NCBI GenBank assembly: GCA_949288095.1
Contig: CASEIX010000038.1
Coordinates: forward strand, 1-54,135
Direction of reading: 5' to 3'
DNA from: an uncultured Eubacteriales bacterium
GTDB lineage: Bacteria > Bacillota > Clostridia > TANB77 > CAG-508
DNA: 54,135 bases
The first letter of the stretch is position 1; each line of letters begins with the position of its first letter. The notes under the pieces were generated by a model that made no database searches, was not told where the DNA came from, and saw only the letters and a list, made by a program, of their open reading frames with translations. Shown here piece after piece: positions 27,724 to 38,141 of the stretch. The translations under genes and the position numbers were made by a program.

Positions 27724-28038
27724 ATGATAAAAAACGAAGAATATATAGATTATTTAAAAAAAGTGATAGCTTGTATTAGTAGTGGAGACTATTATTCTAT
27801 AAAAGAATTGTCTATTTTAAAATTAGATATATTAAATGAGGAAACTAAAGAAATGAAAAAAAATTTACGTAAATACGCTAAGAAAAATATTTGCAAAAAG
27901 GAATTGAGAAATTTAGAAGAACAAGAAGTTTTATACATTACGAATTTGTATATAGACTATTTATTTAATGAAATGAAAGAATTCAAAGGTGTCAAAAAGA
28001 TTGCTTCTATAGAAGAATTTATCCAAGAAATGCAATAG
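27724..28038 (+). CDS. Hypothetical protein divergent from the XRE regulator
   Basis: ORF with GGAG RBS; palindrome GTATAACT-AAA-AGTTATAC in the intergenic region. Confidence 0.55.
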   Translation: MIKNEEYIDYLKKVIACISSGDYYSIKELSILKLDILNEETKEMKKNLRKYAKKNICKKELRNLEEQEVLYITNLYIDYLFNEMKEFKGVKKIASIEEFIQEMQ

Positions 28039-28159
28039 TTTTAAGTTACATATAGTGATATATGTAATTTTAAAAATATAAAAATTATCGAAAAACAATA
28101 AAAAAATATTGACAAATAATAAAAATGCGAATAAAATAATAGCCATAGGAGGTAAGCTT

Positions 28160-29611
28160 ATGAGTTCGATTTTTATTTGTGGAATCATTTTTAGTATATT
28201 GCAATCTATATTATTTTGGGAAAAGGAACCAGGAATTTCTGTACTACTATTTGTGAGTTCTTTTATAATAGGGCTAATATATTTAATGTATAAACATAAA
28301 AAAGTAGAGAATAAAAAAGCGCTTATATTCGCAATTCCTATTATTTTATTGAGTGCTACTTATTTTATGTATCATAATACATTCTTTCAAACCATTAATG
28401 TAATTATGATTGTGTTTCTAACAATGATTATGTGTATATATGCCACTAGAATGCATGTCAAAATACAAGAATTCTTAATCAAAACAATTGAATTGTTAGC
28501 AGGAAGTTTTGAAAGTATTAGTGATGTGATAGACAGTTTGAAAAATAAATTTAAGAAAAAAGAAGATATCGAAAATGAGAAATCTGCTAAACTAAAACAA
28601 GGAGTAAAATCATTTGTATATGCAATTCCAGTGATTTTAATTGTTTTTATATTATTAATGTCGGCAGATAGTGTATTTGCCAATATATTTGAAGGGATAT
28701 TTGGCGAATTTCAAAATATCTTTATGGCAGAAAATTTTGTGATGTTTTGTTTAAGATTATGTATTATTATGATATTTTTCTTTATATTTTCAGGATTTTT
28801 CGTAAATCTTTTAAAAAAGGATACGATGTTTAATAGTGAAAGTGAAGAAAAGATAACGGAAATTCATGTAGAGAAAATGACGATAAATATGATATTAACC
28901 ATTTTAAATATATTTTATTTGATTTTTAGTATCATACAGTTTACAAGTTTATTTTCTAACATGAATACAAATAATTTGGATTATGCAACATATGCAAGAC
29001 AAGGCTTTTTCCAACTAATGATCATATCTTTTATTAATATTGTTATGATTATACTTGCAAAAGTAAATAAAGGAGATACAAGTAATTATACAAAAGCAAT
29101 GTCTATTTTAACATTGTTATTTACAGTTGTTATTCTATTATCTGCATTTTTCAGAATGAACTTATATGAAAAAGCATATGGATATACCTATTTAAGATTA
29201 TTTGTTTATTATATTTTAGCAACAGAATTTATTTTGGTTTTACCAATAGGGTTATGGATATTAGATAAAAAGATAGATATATTAAAATGGACAATAGGAA
29301 TTGTAACGCTTATGTATCTAATATTAAATTTTTCAAATATAGAATCCACAATTGCGAAACGAAATGTGGATAGATATTTTGAAAACCAGGAAGAAAATGA
29401 AATTGATTTAGAATATTTATTTCAACATACAGGAACAGATGCAATTGGACAAATCAAACGACTATTAAATGCAAAAGATGAAAATGTAGTGATAAGAGTA
29501 AAAGAATATTTACTTCGTGAAAAAGAAGAATTACAAAATACAGAAACGAGTTGGCAAGAAACCAATTTATCTGAAATAAAAGCAAAAGAGGAACTTGTGA
29601 ATATTAGGTAG
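28160..29611 (+). CDS. DUF4153/DUF4173-type polytopic membrane protein
   Basis: LLMSADSVF, YARQGFFQL, RMNLYEKAYGYTYLRL; AGGAGG before ATG 28160. Confidence 0.8.
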   Translation: MSSIFICGIIFSILQSILFWEKEPGISVLLFVSSFIIGLIYLMYKHKKVENKKALIFAIPIILLSATYFMYHNTFFQTINVIMIVFLTMIMCIYATRMHVKIQEFLIKTIELLAGSFESISDVIDSLKNKFKKKEDIENEKSAKLKQGVKSFVYAIPVILIVFILLMSADSVFANIFEGIFGEFQNIFMAENFVMFCLRLCIIMIFFFIFSGFFVNLLKKDTMFNSESEEKITEIHVEKMTINMILTILNIFYLIFSIIQFTSLFSNMNTNNLDYATYARQGFFQLMIISFINIVMIILAKVNKGDTSNYTKAMSILTLLFTVVILLSAFFRMNLYEKAYGYTYLRLFVYYILATEFILVLPIGLWILDKKIDILKWTIGIVTLMYLILNFSNIESTIAKRNVDRYFENQEENEIDLEYLFQHTGTDAIGQIKRLLNAKDENVVIRVKEYLLREKEELQNTETSWQETNLSEIKAKEELVNIR

Positions 29612-29624
29612 GGGGAATTTTATT

Positions 29625-30119
29625 ATGAGAATTTTAGGAAAGAATAGTTTATCATCAGTTGTTATGCTATTTTTATGTGTATTATTAATACTTTGTATAA
29701 TTGCAATTGTAGCAGGAGGTATATTTGTATTAAGTAATTTTTCATTTTTTACAAAAGATTTATTAAGTATTACTTATATTTTAATTTATTTATCAGCTAT
29801 ACCAGCATCGGTTATGATTATTGCATTTTTACAAATATTTAATACCTTAAAACAAGGAAATCCATTTGAAAAGAAAAATGTAAAAAGATTAGGAATTAGT
29901 TACATAATTTCTATTATAATAGGGGGAATATATGCTATTAATGTGCTTTTAATTTATTTAGGTGTTGGAATGGTGCAAGAAAGATTTTTCATCATATATC
30001 CATTAGCAAATGTAGCCATATCTATCATATTCTTAATATTTGGAATTGGTCTTGTTGTTTTAAAAGAGATTTATAGAAAAGCAATTGAATATAAAGATGA
30101 AAATGATTTAACAATATAA
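29625..30119 (+). CDS. DUF2975-family membrane protein
   Basis: PFEKKNVKRL and C-terminal KAIEYKDENDLTI. Confidence 0.85.
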   Translation: MRILGKNSLSSVVMLFLCVLLILCIIAIVAGGIFVLSNFSFFTKDLLSITYILIYLSAIPASVMIIAFLQIFNTLKQGNPFEKKNVKRLGISYIISIIIGGIYAINVLLIYLGVGMVQERFFIIYPLANVAISIIFLIFGIGLVVLKEIYRKAIEYKDENDLTI

Positions 30120-30132
30120 AGGAGGGAAAGAT

Positions 30133-30339
30133 ATGTCAATTGTTGTAAATTTAGATGTTATGTTAGCAAAAAGAAAAATGAGTTCACAAGAATTAGCAGA
30201 AAAAATAGGTATTACACAAGCAAATCTTTCCATATTAAAAACAAATAAAGGAAAGGCTATTCGATTTTCAACATTAGAGGCCATCTGTAAAGTATTACAT
30301 TGTACACCTGGAGATATTTTGGAATATAGGGAAGATTAA
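30133..30339 (+). CDS. Cro/C1-type HTH regulator (YozG-like)
   Basis: VNLDVMLAKRKM..NLSILKTNKGKAIRFSTL..C.PGDILEY. Confidence 0.92.
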   Translation: MSIVVNLDVMLAKRKMSSQELAEKIGITQANLSILKTNKGKAIRFSTLEAICKVLHCTPGDILEYRED

Positions 30340-30390
30340 GAAGAGATTGCTTATAAGTTCTTCAACCATCATTATTTTTTAGAAAGGAAA

Positions 30391-31038
30391 GTGAGTAAAC
30401 TGGAAATACAAAAACCAAAAGTATTCAAAATGGAAGAAATAGCAGATTTCGAAAAAGAAATGATAGAAAATTCTGAAAAATTTGAAATAAGAGAAAAACA
30501 ATTTAAAGATATAGAAGAGGAAAATATAAAAGCAGAAAAATATGAATTTAGAAATTGTATTTTTGAATCTTGCAAAATGATACACTCTAATTTTGAAAAT
30601 GCTTATTTTTCAGATGTTATATTTCAAAATTGTGATTTTTCAAATTCGAATTTTACTAGAGCAGGATTTAATAGAGTAGAATTTATTAATTGCAAGTTAA
30701 CTGGATGTGAATGGATAGAAGCAGATATATTTAATACATATGTCAAAGAATCCAATTTTGCTTATGTGAATTTTTCAGAGGCAAATTTTAGGGATGTAAA
30801 AATGGAAAATACGAATTTACAAAGTAGTAGTATGAATGAAGTGACATGGAAAAATATTGTATTTTCAGAATGTAATCTTACTAAATCTGAATTGGTTAGA
30901 ACAAAACTAAAAGGAATTGATTTTTCTACATGTGAATTTAATGGAATTACTGTCAACATATCAGATTTAAATGGTGCTATTGTGAATGAATTTCAAGCAT
31001 TGGAATTATCAAAACTATTAGGATTGAAAATTAAATAG
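30391..31038 (+). CDS. Pentapeptide-repeat protein
   Basis: Repeated xxFxx/xxLxx pentads (CDFSN SNFTR AGFNR VEFIN CKLTG). Confidence 0.9.
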   Translation: MSKLEIQKPKVFKMEEIADFEKEMIENSEKFEIREKQFKDIEEENIKAEKYEFRNCIFESCKMIHSNFENAYFSDVIFQNCDFSNSNFTRAGFNRVEFINCKLTGCEWIEADIFNTYVKESNFAYVNFSEANFRDVKMENTNLQSSSMNEVTWKNIVFSECNLTKSELVRTKLKGIDFSTCEFNGITVNISDLNGAIVNEFQALELSKLLGLKIK

Positions 31039-31143
31039 ATTAAAGACAATCAGTAAAAAGCGGTAAATTTTGGTAGTAATTTACTGCTTTTTGTGGTATA
31101 ATATATATGTGTGTTAAAAATAGAGATTATACGAGGAGGAATC

Positions 31144-31311
31144 ATGAATCGAGAAGAAAAATTTGAATTTGATATAGCCAATTTAAAACAAGATTTAGCC
31201 ATAGAAGATATGCATGTTACAGAAGAAGATGTGGCACTATTACGAAGATATTTTGATAATGAAATCACAATGCCTGAGATGATTGATATAATAAAGAAAA
31301 CAACCATGTAA
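31144..31311 (+). CDS. VbhA/FicA-like antitoxin
   Basis: 55 aa, LAIEDM resembles the inhibitory xxxE(G/N) motif; directly upstream of fic. Confidence 0.7.
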   Translation: MNREEKFEFDIANLKQDLAIEDMHVTEEDVALLRRYFDNEITMPEMIDIIKKTTM

Positions 31312-31323
31312 GGAGAATGTCTT

Positions 31324-31920
31324 ATGAGTGATTTATATGAAGCTAGAAATTCCATATATTGCTATAAAGATAGTGATGTATTAGTGAATAAGTTTGATAT
31401 ACATGATAATAAAAAATTAGAAGAAATTGAAAGAAAGATTGTCTTAGCAAAATTATATGAATTAAGACAAAATCGTCAGATAGGAAATTTTGACATTGCC
31501 CATTTTGTTGGGATTCATAAATTTCTTTTTGAGGATATTTATCCATTTGCAGGACTTTTCAGAAATGAAAATATTGCAAAGGGAAATTTTAGTTTTGCTG
31601 AATGGGAATATATAGAATATGAATTAAAAAAACTATTAGGTCAGCTAAAGGAAGAAAAGTATTTACAGAATTTAGATAGAGATACATTTATCAAAAGATT
31701 GTCATATTATATGGCAGAATTAAATGTATTGCATCCTTTTAGAGAAGGAAACGGAAGAACGATTAGAGAATTTATCAGACAGTTGGCATATAAGAATGGA
31801 TATGTTCTAAATCTAAAACATATTAATCCAAAAGAAATGTTACATGCCTGTATTCGTTCTGTAGTAGATACCACACAATTAGAAAATATCATATCTGAAT
31901 GTTTAGAAAAAGAAGGATAG
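31324..31920 (+). CDS. Fic-domain AMPylase toxin
   Basis: Canonical HPFREGNGRTIR; YCY..SDVLVNK N-terminus. Confidence 0.93.
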   Translation: MSDLYEARNSIYCYKDSDVLVNKFDIHDNKKLEEIERKIVLAKLYELRQNRQIGNFDIAHFVGIHKFLFEDIYPFAGLFRNENIAKGNFSFAEWEYIEYELKKLLGQLKEEKYLQNLDRDTFIKRLSYYMAELNVLHPFREGNGRTIREFIRQLAYKNGYVLNLKHINPKEMLHACIRSVVDTTQLENIISECLEKEG

Positions 31921-31952
31921 AAGAATTAGAAAAATTAGAAAGTGAGAGTAAA

Positions 31953-32420
31953 ATGTCATTTATAAAAGCAAAAGAATATTTAGAAAAATATGGATTAGAA
32001 AATAAAATTATGGAGTTTCCAGTTTCTTCAGCAACAGTAGAAGAAGCAGCAAAAGCAGTAAATTGCAAAGAAGAGGAGATTGCCAAAACTTTATCTTTTA
32101 TCGTAGAAGATAAACCAATCTTAATTGTAGTAGCAGGAGATAAAAAGATAGATAATCCGAAATATAAAGCAGAATTTCACACAAAGGCAAAAATGATTCC
32201 ATTTGATGATGTTGAAAGATTAGTGGGACATGAAGTTGGAGGTGTTTGCCCTTTTGGAATTAAGGATGGTGTACAAGTATATTTAGATGATTCACTAAAA
32301 AGATTTCCTGTTATATATCCTGCTTGTGGAAGTTCTAATAGTGCTATAAAACTAACAATTGAAGAATTAGAAAAGACATCAAATTATGAAAAATGGATAG
32401 ATATTTGTAAAGATATTTAA
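31953..32420 (+). CDS. YbaK/EbsC-family aminoacyl-tRNA editing protein
   Basis: TVEEAA, IAKTL, GGVCPFG, YPACGS. Confidence 0.92.
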   Translation: MSFIKAKEYLEKYGLENKIMEFPVSSATVEEAAKAVNCKEEEIAKTLSFIVEDKPILIVVAGDKKIDNPKYKAEFHTKAKMIPFDDVERLVGHEVGGVCPFGIKDGVQVYLDDSLKRFPVIYPACGSSNSAIKLTIEELEKTSNYEKWIDICKDI

Positions 32421-32512
32421 GAAATATAATTATATTATAAAAAAATAGGATAAAAAAAGGATTTCAAATTTACTGTTTTTTTAACAGTTCAAAATGAAAT
32501 CCTTTTTTGATT

Positions 32513-33112
32513 TTATGAATTATTTAAAATATTTTCTGCTCTTGCATTTAATGAATCATTCTTTTCTATGTCGTATTTTAATGTACTGATTAATTCGATT
32601 AATATATCTCTATCTTCTTGAGATAAATTTTGTTCTTCTAAAACAGTTAAAATCATATCATAAAAACTAATGCTAGCTTGTGATAGAGTATCTTCTTCTA
32701 CATCGATTCTTTGAATTCCAGAACTTTCAGCTTCCATCTGTGCAGTTACTGTTTCAAAGTCATCATAATATCTATTCATAATTTCTGTTACTTTATTTAT
32801 GAAATTTTCTTGTTCAATTGCTTCTTCTGCAAATTGTGTATCTTCAGAATTTGCTCTTGTAGAAATACTTGTTTCAGATTCTGGTCGTGAAGAACCTGCT
32901 TGATTTTCATGGTCTTTTGCAAATTGCTCTTTTTCTGCTAATCTATTTTCTAGTTCTTTATCATTGCTAGTTTCTATCATCTCATCATTAATTTGAGGTA
33001 ATATAGTCGCCATATATCCACCAGTTGTTAGTGCAATTACTATTAAAACAATTATTAGAACAACAGATAGAGAAACAATAATAACTATTTTTTTTCTATT
33101 CATGATTAACAC
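32513..33112 (-). CDS. Membrane-anchored acidic hypothetical protein
   Basis: Single N-terminal TM; GGAGG RBS directly after the amidase gene. Confidence 0.7.
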   Translation of the reverse strand: MLIMNRKKIVIIVSLSVVLIIVLIVIALTTGGYMATILPQINDEMIETSNDKELENRLAEKEQFAKDHENQAGSSRPESETSISTRANSEDTQFAEEAIEQENFINKVTEIMNRYYDDFETVTAQMEAESSGIQRIDVEEDTLSQASISFYDMILTVLEEQNLSQEDRDILIELISTLKYDIEKNDSLNARAENILNNS

Positions 33113-33115
33113 CTC

Positions 33116-34284
33116 CTAAAATGTGTAAATTAAGTAATAAGAATCAGGGTCTTGCCTACATATGTCTTTTAAACTCTTGTCTAATGTGTTAGTAGAATGA
33201 TATGTTAATAAGAATGTATTATCTACACCATCATTCAAATATCCTGTAATATACATACTATGTCTAACTGTTCCAACTTTACCAAGCCAATTATCAGCTT
33301 TTTGAATTACACAACCTTGAGTGATTGGCTTTGACCATACCACATCTGGGTTGTCCAAAATTTGTTGACCAGTAGCTTTATAAGCACCATTAGTCGTTCG
33401 TGAAACCCAAAATTCCTTAAATTGTTCAGCACTAATCCAAGGGCTTGGGTCTGACAATTCAAAACTATTATTTAATTGGTTAACATTATATATCTCTGTG
33501 TAATTTAAGTTTTTTCTATAAATATACCAATTATCTCTAGAATGTATACCACTAGCTAGCATACATTGAGAAACAAAATTGGTACAATCTCCACCAATAC
33601 TATCGTTATCTAAATTTGGATATGCTTCAACAAAACTATTATAATTTGCAGTAGCATAATAAGCACCTAAATCGACATCCATTTCAACAGGTTCTAAAAT
33701 CCACAATTCAGTCCAATTATTTCCAAATTCATATTGATTTATGTTATGACCCTCAGTACAATTAGAACCTTCTGTAACAACACATTTTTCATAATTACTT
33801 ACTTTTGTTAAAATAGCATAAACATTTTTAGTAGTAGTTCCAATTTTAAATTTTTGAGCATCTGTTCCGTTATATTCCCATACTTGAACATTGGCTTGAT
33901 TTGCACTACTTGCATCTGCTACATCTAAAACTAGATTATTTCCTAATGCAGAATAAAGTGTAAATGTTCCATCTCCATTGTTATTCAAATACCATTTTTG
34001 AGAATCTGTGCCATTATATTTATATTGCCAGACATTTGTACCTGCTTGGGCAACACCACCAGAAACATCCATATACTGACCAGTACATGCATTTTTAATA
34101 TAAAACCATTTATATTCATAGTGGTCTTGACCTGGTCTAACTGCTCTTGTCAAAGATTGTTCCCTAAAAAACCTGTGATTTCGTTTAGCGCATCATTTTC
34201 AACTGCTTGTGTAGGAATTGCTATAAGAACTAATAAGCTAAAAATTATCATAAGTGTAATAAATTTTAAAGATATCCTTCTCAT
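33116..34284 (-). pseudogene. Secreted ricin-lectin + Amidase_6 (CHAP-like) protein split by a -1 frameshift near 34165-34171
   Basis: Signal-peptide ORF 34284-34150 (MRRISLKF..PTQA) with GGAGG RBS; downstream frame has QxW ricin repeats and GGDCTNFVSQC/HSMYIT/YHS; join at GGT TTT TTA GGG. Confidence 0.75.
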
Positions 34285-34767
34285 AAAAATCCTCCTTTTC
34301 TAATTTGTACTTTTTATAATAATCACACCTCCTTTTTTTTATTATTTATGAAAATTTTTATAAGTAAATATAATATCTGATTAATCAAGTCTTATAATAA
34401 TTTTTTTACTTTTGTAAATATAAATGTATAAGATATTGATAGGCTGAGAGTTTAAAGCATATATTCTAATTTATGTACTATATATTTTGTTATTTATAAT
34501 ACTAATATCTAATATAAAGTGTAACACCATGAGATGAATATTTTCAACAAAATAGTTATTTTCTTACAAAAAACTTACATTATTTTACAATTTTAAGAAT
34601 ATTATAAAAATTTCATTATTTTACATGTTTCGACATTTTTTGCAAAAGAAATATGCTATTATGAAAAATGAAAATATTATACAAATGAAGAAACGATATT
34701 GCGAAAAAGTATATGACTTAAAAGATAAGTTTATAGAGTATCCAAATAAAAGGGGTTTAGTAATAAT

Positions 34768-35427
34768 ATGAAAAAAGTATTAGTGATAGAAAGTAAAAAG
34801 GATATGTCTAAACGAATTGTGGATATGTTACAAGAAGAGAAATATGAAACTTATGTTATAGTCAACAAAATTGATAACATGAATCATATTCAACTTAAAT
34901 CATTTGATATAATATTATTAAATATAGAATTATTGCAGAAAGAAGATATTCGTATTTTAAAAAAGATTGTAGAAAATCAAATACCAGTTATTGTACTTTT
35001 AGATAGAATAATTAATGAGGACATAGTAAAAATATTAAAAGATGGTAATAATGATTATATTATTAAGCCTTTTAAAAAAGTAGATTTATTAGCAAGAATT
35101 CATTTGAGATTAAAAGACAATGATAATGAAATATACCAATATAGAGATATTATAATTAATACTAATCAAAAAATTGTCTATAAGAATAACAAAAGAATAG
35201 ATTTAACATTAAAAGAATATGAACTATTTTTATTATTTGTCAAAAATTTAGATATCATATTACCAAGAAAAGAAATATTATCAAGAGTATGGGGAATTCA
35301 TGTGGAATTACAAACAAGGACAATAGATTATCATATACAACAATTACGTAGAAAACTTGGATTAAAGGATAATATTGTAACAATTAATAAAATAGGTTAC
35401 TATTTAAGAGGAGAAAAGATTGCTTAA
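34768..35427 (+). CDS. Orphan OmpR-family regulator with atypical receiver domain
   Basis: Intact wHTH (LTLKEYELF, TRTIDYHIQQLRRKLG); receiver has IESK and LLNI in place of the acidic pocket and phospho-Asp. Confidence 0.85.
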   Translation: MKKVLVIESKKDMSKRIVDMLQEEKYETYVIVNKIDNMNHIQLKSFDIILLNIELLQKEDIRILKKIVENQIPVIVLLDRIINEDIVKILKDGNNDYIIKPFKKVDLLARIHLRLKDNDNEIYQYRDIIINTNQKIVYKNNKRIDLTLKEYELFLLFVKNLDIILPRKEILSRVWGIHVELQTRTIDYHIQQLRRKLGLKDNIVTINKIGYYLRGEKIA

Positions 35428-35562
35428 AAAAGCTCAATTTTCTAATAAGCAAATAAAATGATTTAATAAATATTAAAAACAAATAAAAGAATTCAAAACT
35501 ATCTATACGTTCTCGTATATTATATTTACGAAAAGTGTAGAAGGTTGAAAAATATTGTTATC

Positions 35563-35646
35563 TATCTTTGATTTTGTGTGAAAATATGTCAAAATTATCT
35601 TTGGTTTTGTGCGAAAACATACTTGAATTATTCTTGATTTTGTGAT
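35563..35646 (+). repeat. 33-bp tandem repeats (about 2.5 copies) upstream of the ATPase gene
   Basis: TAT(C/T)(T/C)TTG(A/G)TTTTGTG starts at 35563, 35596 and 35629. Confidence 0.8.
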
Positions 35647-35682
35647 AAAGTATAATTAGTTTCATATTAGGGGGAAGAGGTT

Positions 35683-37035
35683 ATGAAAAGGAAAGTATAT
35701 AATAACATTTTAAAATGGAAAAAGGAAAGTCAAGGAAAAACAGCTTTATTAGTAGAGGGAGCTAGGCGTGTAGGTAAAAGTTATATTGTGGAAGAATTTG
35801 CAAAAGAAAATTATAAAAGCTATATATTAATAGATTTTTCTAAAGTATCAAAAGAAGTAAAAGAATTATTTGATAACTATTTAGATAATTTGGATTATTT
35901 ATTTACGTATATTTCAAATTATTATGGCGTAAAATTATATGAACGTGATACAGTATTTATATTTGATGAAATACAATTTTGTCCCAGAGCAAGGGGGGCC
36001 ATAAAACATTTAGTGGCTGATGGCAGATATGATTATATAGAAACAGGGTCTTTAATTTCAATCAAAAAAAATGTTAAAGATATTTTAATTCCATCAGAAG
36101 AAGAAATGATTAAAATGAATCCAATGGATTTTGAAGAATTTTTATGGGCTATGGGAAATGACACTTTAATGGATTTTATAAAAGGATGTTATGAAAATAA
36201 AAAACAAATGGAACAAGCACTGCATAGAAAGGCAATGGACTATTTTAAAGAATATTTAATTGTTGGAGGTATGCCACAAGCTGTTTTAGAATATAGGTCA
36301 TCAAGAGATTTTGAAAAGACAGATAAGATAAAAAGAAATATTCTAAACTTATATAGAGAAGATATAAGAAAATATTCTGATGAACTAAATTTAAAGGTTG
36401 AGCAAATATTTGATACAATTCCATCTCAACTTCAAAAACACGAAAAAAAATTTAACATATCAGCTTTAGATGAAAATGCTAGATATAGAAATTTTGAGGG
36501 AGCTTTCTATTGGCTATCGGATGCGTGCTTAATTAATATTGCACATAATACAACAGAGCCTAACATTGGATTGGGACAGAGAATAGATAGTAATAGTTTT
36601 AAATGTTACTTATTTGATACAGGGTTATTATTATCTATGACATTTAATGAAAAAGCTATCATAAATGAGGAAATATATAAAAAAATATTGTTTGACAAAT
36701 TGTCATTTAATGAAGGCATGATTTTGGAAAATGTTGTATCTCAAATGTTAGTAGCGGGAGATAGAAAATTATATTTCTTCTCAAGAAATGATAGAAATGA
36801 TTCGTCAAAAACAATGGAAATAGACTTTTTAATTTCTTCAGATAAAGTAACATCTAAACACAATATAATACCAATAGAAGTTAAATCAGGAAAACGATAT
36901 ACGTTTTCTTCACTTATAAAGTTAAATAATAAATATAAAGAGTATTTAGGAGAATCAATTGTGATACATACAAAAGATTTAAGAGCAGAAAATGGAATAT
37001 TATATATTCCTGTATATATGACTGGATTATTATAA
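35683..37035 (+). CDS. AAA_14 ATPase with DUF4143 and C-terminal PD-(D/E)xK nuclease-like motif
   Basis: GARRVGKS, FDEIQ, ETGS, GGMP, DTGLL, EIDF..IPIEVKSG. Confidence 0.9.
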   Translation: MKRKVYNNILKWKKESQGKTALLVEGARRVGKSYIVEEFAKENYKSYILIDFSKVSKEVKELFDNYLDNLDYLFTYISNYYGVKLYERDTVFIFDEIQFCPRARGAIKHLVADGRYDYIETGSLISIKKNVKDILIPSEEEMIKMNPMDFEEFLWAMGNDTLMDFIKGCYENKKQMEQALHRKAMDYFKEYLIVGGMPQAVLEYRSSRDFEKTDKIKRNILNLYREDIRKYSDELNLKVEQIFDTIPSQLQKHEKKFNISALDENARYRNFEGAFYWLSDACLINIAHNTTEPNIGLGQRIDSNSFKCYLFDTGLLLSMTFNEKAIINEEIYKKILFDKLSFNEGMILENVVSQMLVAGDRKLYFFSRNDRNDSSKTMEIDFLISSDKVTSKHNIIPIEVKSGKRYTFSSLIKLNNKYKEYLGESIVIHTKDLRAENGILYIPVYMTGLL

Positions 37036-37061
37036 TTATTTGATGAAAAACATTTGAATAT

Positions 37062-37097
37062 AAAAAAGTCTTATACAGTGTTCGTATAAGACTTTTT
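37062..37097. terminator. Bidirectional terminator
   Basis: AAAAAGTCTTATAC..GTATAAGACTTTTT. Confidence 0.8.
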
Positions 37098-37174
37098 TGG
37101 TGAGCCAGGAGGGATTCGAACCCCCGACCCTTGGCTTAGAAGGCCAATGCTCTATCCAACTGAGCTACTGACCC
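37098..37174 (-). tRNA. tRNA-Arg(TCT)
   Basis: GGGTCAG/CTGGCTC stem, loop CT-TCT-AA, GGTTCGAATCC, CCA. Confidence 0.96.
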
Positions 37175-37326
37175 ATGGCTGAATAACAATAAATATAATA
37201 GCACAAATGTAGACTTGTGTCAATAATTTTAGAATAAAAAATAAAAAATTATGTAAAAATAGTTCGGATTTGCATACATATTTATTATTTTTTATACCAT
37301 ATGTGTTAAACTGACTAAAAAATATA

Positions 37327-37941
37327 CTAAATATTAAAGACCAGACCAATAACACCAAAAGCAATAAACAAACTATTGGAAATCATTTCAATTATATTTT
37401 GACGAAATTTCATACTTAAAAGTTTTCCAAAAACAATAGCAAGTAGATTACTACAAACCATACCTAAAATAGAGCCGATAATTAAAGAAAATTTATATTC
37501 TGGATATTGAATTCCAAGACCAATAGAAGAGAGAAAAGTTTTATCTCCTAATTCTCCAACAAGCATGCAAAAAGCAATGATAAATATATAATTTATTTTC
37601 AAGTTACACAATTTAGAAATAATACCAGTCGTATGATTTTCTATATTATCTAAAGAGCTATTTTTCATAGAGATAAATCCCAATATTCCAAACAAAATGA
37701 AAGAAATATATGTAAATAGGTTTAAATAATAAGAAATATTTTCGTTATGGATAGAGCCTAATTGACTACCAAAAAGAATAGCTAATCCATGACTAAGAAA
37801 TGTTCCTAGAGCAATACCTAATAGAATATGTTTCATTCTACTTTTTGTAGAAAAAGATAAAACCATAATTTGTGTTTTATCTCCTAATTCAGCAAAAAAT
37901 ATGATGGTGAACGATAATAATAGGGGATACAAAGCATTCAT
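37327..37941 (-). CDS. TMEM165/GDT1 (UPF0016) Mn2+/Ca2+ transporter
   Basis: Two ELGDKT motifs. Confidence 0.92.
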   Translation of the reverse strand: MNALYPLLLSFTIIFFAELGDKTQIMVLSFSTKSRMKHILLGIALGTFLSHGLAILFGSQLGSIHNENISYYLNLFTYISFILFGILGFISMKNSSLDNIENHTTGIISKLCNLKINYIFIIAFCMLVGELGDKTFLSSIGLGIQYPEYKFSLIIGSILGMVCSNLLAIVFGKLLSMKFRQNIIEMISNSLFIAFGVIGLVFNI

Positions 37942-38141
37942 AATTTAACCTCATTTCTTAACTAATTCATATGTGAACAAATCAAATTTTATGAAAAAAT
38001 AATAGAAAATAAATCTTGTCGAATTTTGCAAATATAAGTATCCCTAGGCGTGTAATGTGAATTTTTTGTGAAATTCTTTACATCAACAAAGATAAATGAT
38101 AATATGGTCATAATATAAATAAAATCAAAGGAGGAATTTTT

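Noticed and set aside
30391-31038. qnr quinolone-resistance gene
   Set aside because: Generic pentapeptide repeat; cannot be assigned to Qnr without a search
35563-35646. CRISPR array
   Set aside because: 33-bp period leaves no unique spacers, repeats are degenerate, and there are no cas genes
37152-37364. 70-aa ORF on the minus strand
   Set aside because: Runs through the tRNA-Arg(TCT) promoter and 5' end; spurious
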